Assembly: GCA_051362555.1 (NCBI GenBank)
Contig: CM120642.1
Coordinates: forward strand, 1,054,001-1,118,000
Length of the DNA stretch: 64,000 bases
Direction of reading: 5' to 3'
DNA from: Lingula anatina
Taxonomy: Eukaryota > Animalia > Brachiopoda
Shown one piece after another: positions 1-13,542 of this stretch. Position numbers and translations under genes: made by a program. Under the pieces are notes generated by a model that saw only the letters and a program-made list of their open reading frames with translations, did no database searches and was not told the DNA's origin. Numbering within the stretch: the stretch's first letter is position 1; the number at the start of each line of letters is the position of its first letter.

Positions 1-1008
1 TTAATGTTTCTTTTTATATGTTTATTCTCCTACCATCCATCTGATCCGCTTTCACCACAGTTTTACACTATGTTCTACATCAGTAACATCTACTCTCTGA
101 TCAATAATATGGAAGTGTTCACATGTATATCTATGAAAGAGCACTGCTTGAATTATATCTCTTATAATCTACAGTTTATTATTAAGTGTGAAAAAATATA
201 TCACATAATTTCCCACAGCAAAGTTTCAATGAAATATTAAGTCAGTAGCAAGTAATAACAGCATAAGGAGAACAGTATAAATGGATATGACTGATATTGT
301 AATTTTTTGTTTCATAAACATGAAGCTACTTCATAGGCATACAGCATTGATTGTGATAATATCATTTATAGTTATAGTATACTATAATCATATGTCATGT
401 TGTCAATAATGTTTGTTTTACAATACAATAGGACAGAATTAGGATAGAATTTGAAAACAAACATTTATGGAAAATGTAATGAATAATTTTAACTGATGAC
501 AGTTTAGTTTTTTTAGATTTAATATTTTAATAAGGCAACAACAGTAATTCACGCCAAATTACACATTTTGTCAAGACAGTTAATCAGTTAACTTTGCGGT
601 GCCTGGCCCACCTCGCAGACTGTAGTCATTGTTAAGAGGGTCAGTGTATGTGGCCCCAGTCTGTGAGGCTGTACCTATCTTGACCAAGTGGAAACGCCCC
701 CTTTCAAGTCCCAGGTCTTATCAGCCACCGTGTTGGACACGTGTATTATTTCAAACAGCCATCAAAACTGAATATCTTCAGGAAACCAGATAAGAAGAAG
801 ACCAGTGACCAACGCTGATAAAGCTCAGAATAACAAGTTTGTTTTTGGTTTCGACTCGGGGCTGCTCTCCTTTCAATTAAAATTTGTCTTTCCACTTCAG
901 AAACTTCAGTGAATTAATTTTTCCATGCTTTTGACTCCTAAAACTTTTAAACTTTGGTCTATATTAATTCATAACAGTTATAACTGATATTCGAGCTTTA
1001 CATAAATA

Positions 1009-1178
1009 CAGGCCCGTAGCCAAGGGGGGGGTTTGGGGGGTTCGAAAGAACCACCCTTTTTGCTGGGAAAAGGTCCACTCTGGGTATAATTTGATCTATG
1101 TACTTGGGGATTTTATGGTAAAAGGTCCACTTTTTCAAAAAACGAACCCCCCCTCTAAAATTCCTGGCTACGGGCCTG
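1009..1178. mobile_element. 170-bp MITE (CAGG..CCTG termini, hAT-like)
   Basis: TIR CAGGCCCGTAGCCA / TGGCTACGGGCCTG; TAAATA on both flanks. Confidence 0.85.
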
Positions 1179-1754
1179 TAAATACATCATTTAACAACAC
1201 AAGAAATCCTACATTTTAATCACCTCATTAAAATAGAAAAAAAAAACATTCAATTATCACAAAAACAACAAACATCAAAACAAACACCCAAATGAGTAAC
1301 AGGCTAAACCCCACCCAACAGTCACTCCCTCCCCCACCCCTACCCCTACCCCCCCTCCTGACACCCCCAAAACTGACCACACTTTACATACCACCCTGGC
1401 TTACTGGCCACCTATAAATAAACCTGTAATGTCCATGATGACCAATTCTGGGACAATTGGTCCTAATCAGACATGTGATCATAGGGGGGCAGGCATGCTA
1501 ACTGACCATTATCTCTTCTGTCCTGTATACCTAGTGACCCTGCTCTGCTCCTTCCTTGCTACAATGACCAGACGTTTTCTCCCAAAAGTGGGGAAGAAGG
1601 GGTTAGATGAAGACACAATATCAAGCTAAATAGTGGGGATTAACTTTTTTCCCTTTTTTGTCAAAATTTCCCAGATAAATCTTTATAATAAGTAAAGAAT
1701 TCTTAAGAGAACAGAAATTGTCATTGGTTATTATTCTAATGAGAGACCACATAG

Positions 1755-1757
1755 GAG

Positions 1758-1788
<31 letters not shown>

Positions 1789-1816
1789 GAAAAAAAAAGA
1801 GAGAGAGAGAGAGAGA
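1755..1816. repeat. (GA)n purine tract
   Basis: Interrupted dinucleotide run. Confidence 0.9.
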
Positions 1817-2087
1817 TACAGCTATGCATCAGTCATAGTGAAATATAACTACTGGCAGAAATACAAGTTTGGCTGTGATATAAGAAAGTGATGGCTCATT
1901 GTTCTAAACAGATATGACTAAGACATTGAGTTCATAGGAACACCTGTGTATCCTATACTCCAGGGGTAAGTGGTCAGTGAAGTCAACACACACAGGAAGG
2001 TCTATAATACTATGGCATCTGCCTATGTATAACTTCATCTAAACTACACACAAACATGTAGGCATACATGTACATGTAGGCACACAA

Positions 2088-2253
2088 CAGGGGCGTAACC
2101 AGACCTTTTAAAATTGTACACACAGATTTTTAAAACTCCCAGGTACAATTATATCTCGTGAAAAATACATTGAATTTATGGAGAATAATATCATAGTTGG
2201 CTAAAAAAATTGTACGCACAGTGCATCCGTGCGTATGCCTGGTTACGCCCCTG
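2088..2253. mobile_element. 166-bp MITE (CAGG..CCTG termini, hAT-like)
   Basis: Perfect 15-bp TIR CAGGGGCGTAACCAG / CTGGTTACGCCCCTG; CACACA-like flanks; a second partial copy ends at 23864. Confidence 0.85.
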
Positions 2254-5200
2254 CACACACACACGGTAGGCTTGCATACAAAAGCACACTATAAAGTTGG
2301 AGTATGTTACATCTTCATGTGTTAAAACTTTCAACAAACATACTAGTAATCATGATACAAATTTATAATCATTCTTTATTTTCTCTCCATTATTATTATT
2401 ATTTTTATTATTATTTTTATTATTATCAAATAATTTTATTTTTATTTGCATTAATTAAAATTGTTTATTTAATTATTGTTTTTTTTTTTTTTTTTGAAAA
2501 AATAAGTGGCTTCATTATTCTTTTGTCCAGATATAAAAATAAAGCTGCCAAACAGTTCCCCACTTTTGATTAGAATAAAAAAATATGGACACAGAACATC
2601 CTTTATTGTGGTCAAATTTAAAATGAATGAGCACCTGTCTGAAAGCATGGTCCTGTATTCCACAGATAAACTATGTCCTCTCAATGTCCATCTGACATGA
2701 TCATGTCTTTTTCATACAATAAAATTCATTCAAAGTTTTTTAAATAGAAGCATGAATAGCATAATTATTACCTTTGGGAATAGTGCATGTATCTCAAAGG
2801 ATTCATCTAACTCTTGTACTATGTTCAATTCTATATCAGTTTTTATCAAGTCATCACAAAGCATTTCCTTTCACAAAACAAGTGTTGAGTACAGTAGAGA
2901 ATACATGAATGAAAAAAAACTTCTTATCACATCTGTATTATCACATTTAGAAAAAGAACACTCAACTCCTACTACATTTTCTTTTAAAGAAAACCCATCA
3001 ATCTACCAGTGACAATAGTATCACAGGTACATGTATAACATTTCACTTTTCACAAAGGGACAATAAAACTCATGATTGTTTCTCTTTCAAGAAGTCTCAC
3101 TCAAACAGGTAAAAGCATCTTCAAAGAAAGGCAAAATTGCAAAACAAATTGTCTTACAAGAAACCGCTATATCATTTTGCACATTTAAGTTGTCCATGGC
3201 TAACTGACCATGGTGGACAGCCATTGTTCTTCTCGCCACAACTGTCACTGTCCTTCTTGAGTGGCCAGGGCCGCTTTAACTCGTAAATTGTGTGTCACCA
3301 AGTGACAATGACTTCAAAAGAAAGTAGGTGTCTTCCAAGCTTATTGTATTTAACTATAAATTCTCCCATTTTCATTGTTCTAATCTTTTTACTTAATGCA
3401 TTGAAAGTGCTGAGGATTTTTTTTTTTTTTTTTTAGAATAAATTCACTGTATGGATCTTCTTGAGAGGATTTGTAACTAGGGACCTCTATAGGAAAACTG
3501 AGTTTAATTGTTGGATAATCTGACTGTTATATATGGACACATAATGATGAAGTAGAAGGGATTTCATAAAATAGTTGTTTTTTATTCATCTTGAGTTTAA
3601 AAATCAGCGAAGTGATTGACCAAATAGCTACTACATAGTTCATTAACTTACAAACCTCCTCTTCTTCATCATCCTTCAATATTTTCTTTCTGCACTTGTG
3701 AGGTTCAACTTTAAAATAAAATCAATTTATCAGACTTTTGATACCAATTGAATATGTATTATGACTTTTTGTTTTGCATGTTTTCTTGTTTTGAAATACT
3801 ACTACTAATAATAATAGTAATAATAATAATGATAAAAATCAAATACTTCACAACATTTGTGTCAATCAATTCTTCTTGCAGAAAAAAAACTCATCACTTT
3901 TAAATAATAAAGAAGACATACAGATAGCTAATACGTAGTTCGTAACTCACACATCCCCTCATGTCACCTTGCATGACCAGTTTTATTAACACAACATTAA
4001 GGACACCATTTTCCCTGGCTCAAACCACACAGTACAATAAAAATAGTGTTATATATATGTTCACTTCCTATAACAAATTACATGGTCTGAGTCACCCAGC
4101 CTGATTCACTGCAAGGAACTCTAAACCAAATTTATTTTAATATCCTTTTTCATGTTACCCGATTATCATGAAACATATCCTCAATACACAGTGGATTTGG
4201 TAAAAATGGAAACAATTATTTTCTCAATATTTAATAAGTCTTCCGGGAAGAAAAGATAATCATAATGACTAAATTTACACAACACACACACACACACACA
4301 CACACACGCGAGAAATATCTACAGAAGAATAAAATACATAATTCTCAAAACTATTCTGAGATCAACACTGCTAACCAAATAGAAACATTTTTAAAACTAT
4401 AATAAAACTTTCATTCAGTTGACAAGGCAATGGCACTAATGAAAAGTCAATCTGTTTGAAAAAATAACATCCATTAATACCCACACAAGATTTGTGTTCC
4501 TATGTGTATAACTATATAAAATACATGTATAAAACTATACATACTGTGTGCAAAAAGAGAACATCAAGACAGATTGGGTGTGAAACAATGGAGAGGTGTC
4601 GTCTGCTGAAGATGTACCAAGCACAACTACCACACTGCCTACCACAGTACGTCTTCAGTCTCATCTTACAACGTGATCATCTTCCTCAAAACATACCATT
4701 AGTAACATCATGGTACACATCATAAAAATAATAAACAATGAATTTTCATTATGCACCTAGCAATGGAAAAAATACTACATAATAAAGAATGAAAAACTGA
4801 AAATGTGCAGATTAGAAGATAAACCAAGACTAAAGGGTTGACTCCCATTTCCAAAGAAGTTTGGATTTCAAAGATACTTCTGCTTGAATGAAAAAGACTG
4901 ACATTTTTACCGATATGCGTCATAATTCAATCATCTAAAGAGAAGTTACCTAAAGCTTCATAAAGAGAAGTTATATAAAAGCATCTTTTTACAAAGTAAA
5001 CATGCTGATGAAAAATAACCAGCCATTCATAAAAAGCTAAGATATCTATTTCTTACCTTTTTTTGTGAAAATAATACTTTTTTAGGGTCATGCCTTGTTT
5101 CACAGCAAATAAATACAATAAAAAGGTAGAATGAGTCCACATTATTCAGTTTTCTATGCCAGAAAAGATGGCTGACACTGTGATAAATTGGATAGGCAAG

Positions 5201-7962
5201 GTATGTACGGATCTTAGAAAATGTGACCCGTGTGAGGAGAAAAATGTTCTTTCTTTGAATTTTTATATCTACATTGTATAACCTTTATGACAGAGAGTTT
5301 AAAAATGCCAACAAATTTACTCCAAAAATTTCACTAAAAATATGTGACATTATACTAAAATACTTCATGTGCATAAAAAACATTTTTTATTCAACTATAA
5401 GATCTACAACCAGGTCTAGCAAATAAAGTGCTAAGTATTTTTCATTGTGACGAATAAGGTGATTATCACTACAAGTTATACAATGTATCATAATTGACAC
5501 AGCAAATGGCAGCCATTTTTACAAATGGCACTCATCCAGAAAGCCACTCCCAGCTACTGCAGTTCTCGTTTCTTCTCTACAAATGAAGCAATCACTTCCA
5601 CTAGTCTCTCTGTTACTTTCATTTCCACCTACTCTTTTAAACTCTATGATAACAGCTCCAAAGTCTCAGACCACATAGGTGAAATTCAAGATGTGATCTT
5701 GAATTCTCAAAACAGTATTTCTAAGTATGCAAATGTACTCTCACATGTGCCATAGTAACTAATTGTGTACATTACAGTTTGGATGTTTCTGTACGTGCAA
5801 TTGTCCAATCTCTCTCTCCATTTACACTATTTTTTACAAAACAGCATCATAAACAACAATCTAAGCATACTAAATATTACAGTGCTGTCAACCTTAAGTA
5901 TTTGTGTGCGTGCGTGTTGTATGTGTGCAATTCTGAATAAAGAAGCACATGATAGAACATACCTTGCAAATGAGAAACAAAATCAAATTTTTCACGGCCA
6001 TTAATTAATTCACTTATCTGTGTGACATATCAGCCATTAGTGGCTCGCATTCTTTCCTTTTTTTTTCTTCCTACCTAATAATTGTAATTTTTGTTGCATT
6101 ACAGAAAACACATGCCAAGTTAATAAAAAATATTATCTCTCTTTCTATCACCTAAGAGAACAACACCACAGGAAATGACAATATGAGAGCAGATGCTGTA
6201 TGAGTACCTATAAATTCACTGGCGCAGGACAACAGAGAACAAGTCCCCAGAGTCCCATTGTCTCACTGAGATAACCCAGCAACATAATTGCAATTCCTGT
6301 ACTGCACATTGGCTCTCAACATTCCATTAACTCAGTGTTCACACTGGTTACATTGGGTTCAAATTGGACTAAAAATGCAAAATCCTCAACTCATCCATGT
6401 CTTGCTTGACCCATCTGCCTTTTTTAGGCAACCAGGGATAAATTCTGTGATCTGTCAATCAAATGGTCAATGCTTTTGGTAACTATCATATCCAAAAAAT
6501 CATTGGCTCAATCCACTGCCATATAACAATGTGGTTTATTTTATATGAATGTATTTTCAGGTCACACTCCAGTAAGTAAAAGCAACTACTAAGTCATCTG
6601 ACAACTCAAATTGATTTTGTGTTCTCAGGGCATTTAACCCTGTCCAATACATTGGTTACTTTCAATTCAAGACTGCGTTACACCAATCAGGAGCTAATAT
6701 CAGCAAGGAAAGACGATAACACGAGAAGAAGCCACATCAAGATGTTCTGATCAAAAGATTTGCCTCGTCCATGTTGCTGGTGTTGATATATAAGGTCATG
6801 TGAAGTTAAGCCAGAGATAAAAAATTAATATCTATTTTAAATTCCTTCAACAGCAAATGATATCAAAAGAAATATGTCTTTGAAATGACACCACTAATGA
6901 GAATTCAAATGGAAAACCTCACTGCTGAGACTCATTCTTTAAAAGGACTACAATTATCAGAACAAAGATGATTTCAATTTTTATCAAGAGAATCTTGACA
7001 TTTTCACCGTGTAATAACCTTAAACCAACAGGCTTTTTCTGACACATGTTTTATACTGGACCTCTAAAGAGAAGATGAAAAAAAGTCTGATGCTTCATAT
7101 AAGAGACAGAACTGATAGCAGCACACAAAGGTGGACAACCTTGCCATTCTGAATATCAATCTGAATATCAAAGAGAATAAAGATGAGGAAACATCTAACA
7201 AAGTCCATTACACTGGGAAGAGTACCTAGCCCAGATAAAAAATTGATGAAAAATTACTTTAGCAATGAGCACTATCAGGTTTATACTAAATTATTTATTT
7301 TATACTTTAAATATATATACTGACAGATTAATTTAATTCATTTGGAAAATGAAGGGTCCTTGGGTCTTCCAGAGACCATTCTTTTATAATCCACAAATCA
7401 AATCAACTGAACAAGATGACAGAAGCAGGCGGAAGGCAGACAATATCAAATTGTGCCTTGTCATGATCAAGTAATTTGTGAAAATCAATTGAGAATCCCT
7501 AGATTCACCAAAGAGCAGTATTTTGCAGGAAATTAAAATACCACCTGTAAATTAAATACTCCCAGCAAGCCAGTCTCATATTGAGAGATCTTTGCTGGAA
7601 TTCCTCCAGTATGCTCTCTCAGCTTTGTTGGTTCAACTACTGATAAAAGAACCGCCATTGATTGGAAAATAAAAAGTGACTTAGAACAACATGGCTACTT
7701 TTGATAAGAAGAAGCCATCTTTACAAATGCTGTGAATTTTTCCTTCCATGATTCAAACATAGAATTACAAGGCTCACAAGGGGGCTTAAAAGATTTGGTT
7801 CATAATGAATAACTTTCAAGTGAAAGAAATTAAAATACATTTGAAAAAGTTAATTTATCATTGACTTTGTGAAAAAAACAATTGTTGAAACAGAATAGTG
7901 GAAGACGTAGCCTGATGGTATATTTATACTGGAATTCTTAATTCTGAAATATTTAACATAAA

Positions 7963-8094
7963 CTATCCATCAAGTTTATCGATGTATGAAGTATCAGCAT
8001 AAGCAACAGCTATTTTGCTTCGTTCGCTAAGGTATGGAGGTGCGAAGAATTCTACATCCAATCCTTCCTTCCTCAAAGGGCCTCTGTACTCTAC
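7963..8094 (-). CDS. Unknown gene, terminal (possibly alternative terminal) exon ([43 protein letters not shown])
   Basis: Acceptor attttatcccag, phase 0, 43 codons then TAG; retains CpGs relative to its flanks. Confidence 0.7.
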   Translation of the reverse strand, partial: VEYRGPLRKEGLDVEFFAPPYLSERSKIAVAYADTSYIDKLDG

Positions 8095-11000
8095 CTGGGA
8101 TAAAATGTTGAGCTTTTTGTCGTATGTCCAGAAAAACACTGATTAATTTTGGATTTATTGCTATTCTAAGAAATCGTCTTATTTCCCAGGCCACAGAACT
8201 TCTGTATAAATAATGGCCTAGTTGTCAACTTTCTTTCTCTTTTCTCTGTCAAACCTATTAAATTATTTCAACATATTCTCTTCTAAGTAAACAATGTCAA
8301 AATAAATCTTAACTATACAATACACAATCAAACAATTTGAGAGTTTCAGCCCCTCAACCTGGGTAATAAATAGCAAAGAATAGTGTCATTAAATATTTAT
8401 GATAATGTATGACTGTTATCAAACATTTGGCAGACACAGTGGTTTATTAACCTCTATGTTTACAAACAAACAAAAACCCTTTATGCACATTCTGTTCACC
8501 ACTGCACGTAGCAATGGCCCTAAGGTTGTGTAGCCAATGTGTCTCCACGGTAACCAAACTTACTAAAACAAATCCCAAAACATCTCCCTCCTTTAGTCCA
8601 TGTAAGCATACATGTAACATATAAATTAAATCCACTCCCTTTTGCTGTGGTCATTTCAATTGGTGCGGTCATCTAAATGAGTGTGGTCATCTATCAGGGC
8701 CATACCTGTGGGGAGCACTTCCTACCAAAAAGAGGTCCCGCCTCACATACAATAACAAACTCTTCATCTGTCAAATTCCAGGTCAACACTAAATGATATT
8801 CCATATATTTCTAGTGTGCCCGGTGCTATTTGCATATAAAGGTGCAACCCCATGAAGACAATTGTCTTAATTGATGTTGATGACATAAACCTATAAGAGT
8901 TTATATTACCATAATTCCTCACCGTTACCCATCCCTACCAAATGTCTATCTCATCCTCGAAATCTGGACCTAACATGCCAAGCAGTGAGGTGGTGGGTGG
9001 GTGGGGGGTGGGGGGGGGGGGGGCATTTTGGGGTCTACTGATGGCAAGCTTAGAAATGCTTAAATATGGGTGGTACTGAGATGGTTTGATCTAAGTTGGC
9101 TGTAAACACACCTTAAAGGAGAGGACACATCTGTTACTATGATACAACGTATCAAATACATCAACAGAAACTTATAAAACATTATAAATGTGATAAAATG
9201 GAACAGAATAATTAACATAACCTTTGGAAAGCATTACTGATTAATTTACATTGCCTTAAGCTTACTAATCACACCCAAGAATATGTTCAAAAGCTCTCCA
9301 CCTTTTTTTTTCAATACTGAACAGGTTTTCTTTCCTGAAAGTGGAAAGAAATGTCTGTTCTGTTTTTAAAATAGCAGCACATATCTATGATTAATTCTTT
9401 AATTTGCATCTAGATCTACTTACTACCTGGTTTCACTAACCCGAAATTATGTAGTTCTAACTAAGCAAATACACCTTGAAACTAATGCCAACATTCATTT
9501 TTTTTTTTTTTTTTGCATATCAAGAAAACCTCTTCCTGAACGTAGGAATATAATTGCCATGTTTTTCAGACCTTATGGCATGCAGACGTCATTTCCCTCG
9601 GTGAAAAATAATTAGTGGATATATCTGTGAAAATACCACTCATTAAAAGTGATTGCCTTCCTGTGTCCTTGGATTAAAGATGGCGGCAACTGTGCTTCAT
9701 GTATTTTCTTAGAAATTCTGATATTCAAAAGTGACTGGCCCTAGGAATATCTCAGAAACAACAAATATAATCTGGCTGGATGGAACTATGGAAGAATTTT
9801 ACTCTTCTGGTAATATCCAATGACGCCATCTTCAGTAATGTTAGCTACACTCTAATAAATATATTTAATGCCCCTGAAACAAAGACAGTGGTGAAAGAAA
9901 AAAGAAAAACAAGTACTTACCACTTTTTTGGTACCACTAACAGTTTTATGACTAAGCTGAATTGCTTTTGTAAATTTCATCTGGCATTCCTGGCAAGGGA
10001 GAGCAGAGTCAGTGCGGATTTCTCCCTCGTAGAAACCACATTTTGGGCACTATAGAGAAGAAGGAGGCAGGCATTTTCTTCTAATCACAGTAAATTATGA
10101 TATAATGATGATTTATTTTCTAACATATTTCAAATAGTTGTTATTCTTTCAAAGAATGTCAATTAATCATAGGTAAGCTACTGCAAGTAAATAGCTTGGT
10201 AACAAATCAAAGGTAATACAGTCAAAGACATTTTCCATATATCAAACCAAAAATTGTTCGACACTCTTAATGCTTAACCATAAGTTGACTTTTGAAATTC
10301 TAAATTCAATCCCCAACCAAAATTTTGTTATGACTTTCAATTAAAAGGGGAAATATCATCTCCTGCTAATAATAAATGTTAGTACTTGAATTATACAGAA
10401 AAAGACAAAGGTGTGTATTCAACACCCTCTGTCAATGAACATAAAAAGAACATAATGGACTCAAATAAATGCCGTACCAAGAAATGAGATCTTAATTACC
10501 CTTTCTAAATCTGGGGAATCCAGCAAGGGCAGTGAAGCCTCTGCCTCAAGCTCCAGAGCTTCCGTTCTCTGTTTTATGAGCAACCCAGTAGCACCATTAT
10601 GGTCATGTATGGCCGTAGAAAAGTTCATGAGGTTTTCAGGCGTCCGCTTGGCAATGTGTGTCATACTGAGAGAGTTTGTTTGACTAGAGGCAGCACCATT
10701 CACTGAAAACTTAGAACTTTCTGTACAACTTGTAGCACCAATTGGCAGTGTTGGGCCTTTTTTATTACTGTATAAAGCAGCAACAATTGAATTCAATGAC
10801 CGTCCAGTAGTAGGATTTCTGTTCGATTTCTCGGTCAGGATTTTCTTAGGCGTCCCACTAAGAACGGACGAGGAATCAACACTGCTGTCACTGTCACTTT
10901 TACTGTCTTGAAACAATTCAAGACCGACACTGTCCTGATCTGAGGTCGGCGAATTTTCCCTGGATAAATGGTTGACTAGGTCTGTTTTGGTTTGAGCAAT

Positions 11001-11398
11001 GTGACTTGAGACGTCAAATGTTTGGCAAGAATCTGGCTGGACATTGGCTTGTGACCTCACAGTGGTGTTTTCATCCTAGAATGTAGAAAATGAAAGAAAA
11101 TAAGTAAAAACTAGAGGATCAGAGAGGCAATATTGCTTCCTGGACATGTATCACCAACTGAATAAGGCAGTGTTCTCATCCTAGAATTTAGAAAATAGAG
11201 AAAATAAGTAAAACCAACAACAGGAGATTTTTGAAAATATATTCACCAATTAAATTTGCAATTTCTGGAATCAATCACATATCAGTAGTTTGCTTTATAA
11301 GCCTGCTGAACAATATAGTTGCTAAATATACCTATTAAAAGGACAACATAAAATGTTGAAAATGATTCAAATACCCCCCAGACACACACATGCAAGGA

Positions 11399-11444
<46 letters not shown>

Positions 11445-13468
11445 CCCACACACATATGCGCACACAAATAAATGAATATATAACACAATTGCATTCAAAA
11501 TATTATAGGCTTATATGAAAAAGTTATCAACAAAATTTTAATTTTGGATATCATAAAAAAAAACAAAATTTCTAGTAAGGAGATGTCAAGTTGATAAAGA
11601 AGAAAAATAAAAACAACAAAAGAAACAGGAAATCCACCTGTAGACCCCCCCCCCCCCAACTAAATTTACCATCTCTCTTTTCATTGGTCGTCAGTTCAGT
11701 CATGTTCCTGCCAATAATATCCATCTTTCTACTTAGTCTAGTATATTACACGAGTGATGATAACAATCCTTGACATTAACATACTGGAGATTAATGACAT
11801 CAGTATAAGCCTTTTGTAAATGTGTAATTGCAGCAAATAAAACACATGTCATCCATGTAATTTTGAGTATCGTCTACTCAGGAGTGCTTTTAGTTGTCCT
11901 TCATCTTAAATTCTGTTAGACAACTTTGTAATTTAAGACCAAGATGCTCATCTTGTTTCAGAACCAAAACTTGATGCTTACTGAATCATTTTTGAGCACA
12001 TGCATGTGTGTGCATGTGTGTGTGTGTGTATGTGTGTGAGTGTGCACCTTTTTACATAGCTATCATCACAAACACAAATGCAAATGATAGTATGATTCAG
12101 CAATTAATTAAGAAATAAAATTTTAATCCAACATATTGTATTCCAGCAACAACAGTAAATAGATGTCTGTACAAGTGTGGTACCAAAAGGCAATTAACAA
12201 TGAGCACGGTACGAAACCTGCATTTTAATCAAGCCAGAAAAAGAACAATCACCTTTAAGGTCTTAACATACATCAATCACGACTGAAAATTCATGATCAC
12301 AGCATAAACATGGCAGCAGCAGCACCTACAGGTAAACTAGATCTCTTTGGGGCATGGATAAATTTACACAGAAAGGGCAAGTTAAGATACAAGGCGTAAT
12401 CAATTCTGTCCAACACAGCCACGCCCAGAGAAGATTGGCCTCTGACCTTCCTACGTATCAACTATGTTTACATAAAATACTTTGTTACTGCTCTCTAGGT
12501 ATCATGTTTATTGGGTTAGTTTAGAATGAAAGGTAGTGATTTATAGCAAAGGTCAGATATCAACTTTGCACCAAGTTTCTGTGTTTGTGGAAGAAGCAAA
12601 CAGGTATAAATATCCCTAAGATACTGTAACAGATTTCCATGGATTAAAATGATTATTTTTCCATGATTATCTTGCAATGAGAACCTTAACTTTTGAATTC
12701 ACCTGTCAACATTTCCTTGAGTCTAAAATAAAAATAAACATTGCACCCTGCGTGTCTGGATTCAGGGCAGACTCAATCACAGCCATCTCATAGTACCCTG
12801 ATAACACATGCCATAACTATCCACAGTACAGATACCCAGGGTACCAGATATATCCTGAAACTCACACCAGAGGTCCTGCTACATTTGGACAAAACAACCC
12901 TTGTAAATAATAACAATTCCCTTTTATTGTTTTCAGATATTATACTATTTGCTAATATCACATTAACAATCACACCTATGTATATATTGTAATGAAGACA
13001 TGTAAGTATCATGTCATCCCTAAGGTAAAAATCTCCATGAACCACCAGTGACTAGATGGAGTTGGACAGTATTATATGGACAAAATCTTGGCATTGCATT
13101 GTGTAAGTCCAGATACTGATTCAAGAAAATTTGTGCTTTGTGTATATTACGTAATATCTAAACTGAACGTCAACTAATAATTCTCATCAACACAAGAATT
13201 CAGTTCTGGGTATGATATGTATCATACAAGTTAAATACACTGGACACTGGCTGTTAGCAGTCAAATTTACCGTAATTCTGAACTCTAACCTGGAAACTTC
13301 CCTTTCCCTAAAACACACCTTTTACTGTAGAATGCCGCTCTCTCTCCATCAACTTATCTCTGTGAACTCGGGAGTAATGATGAAAAAAGATGAAATGAAA
13401 AGTAAATCAACTCTGAAAAAACTTAATACAGACAGGCATACAGCAAAAATTGCCCCCCCCCCCTCTTT

Positions 13469-13542
<74 letters not shown>

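Noticed and set aside
3155-3325. Possible exon (MAVHHGQLAMDNLNVQNDIAVS) on the minus strand
   Set aside because: All frames from the nearest acceptor hit stops; it cannot be placed in a consistent model.
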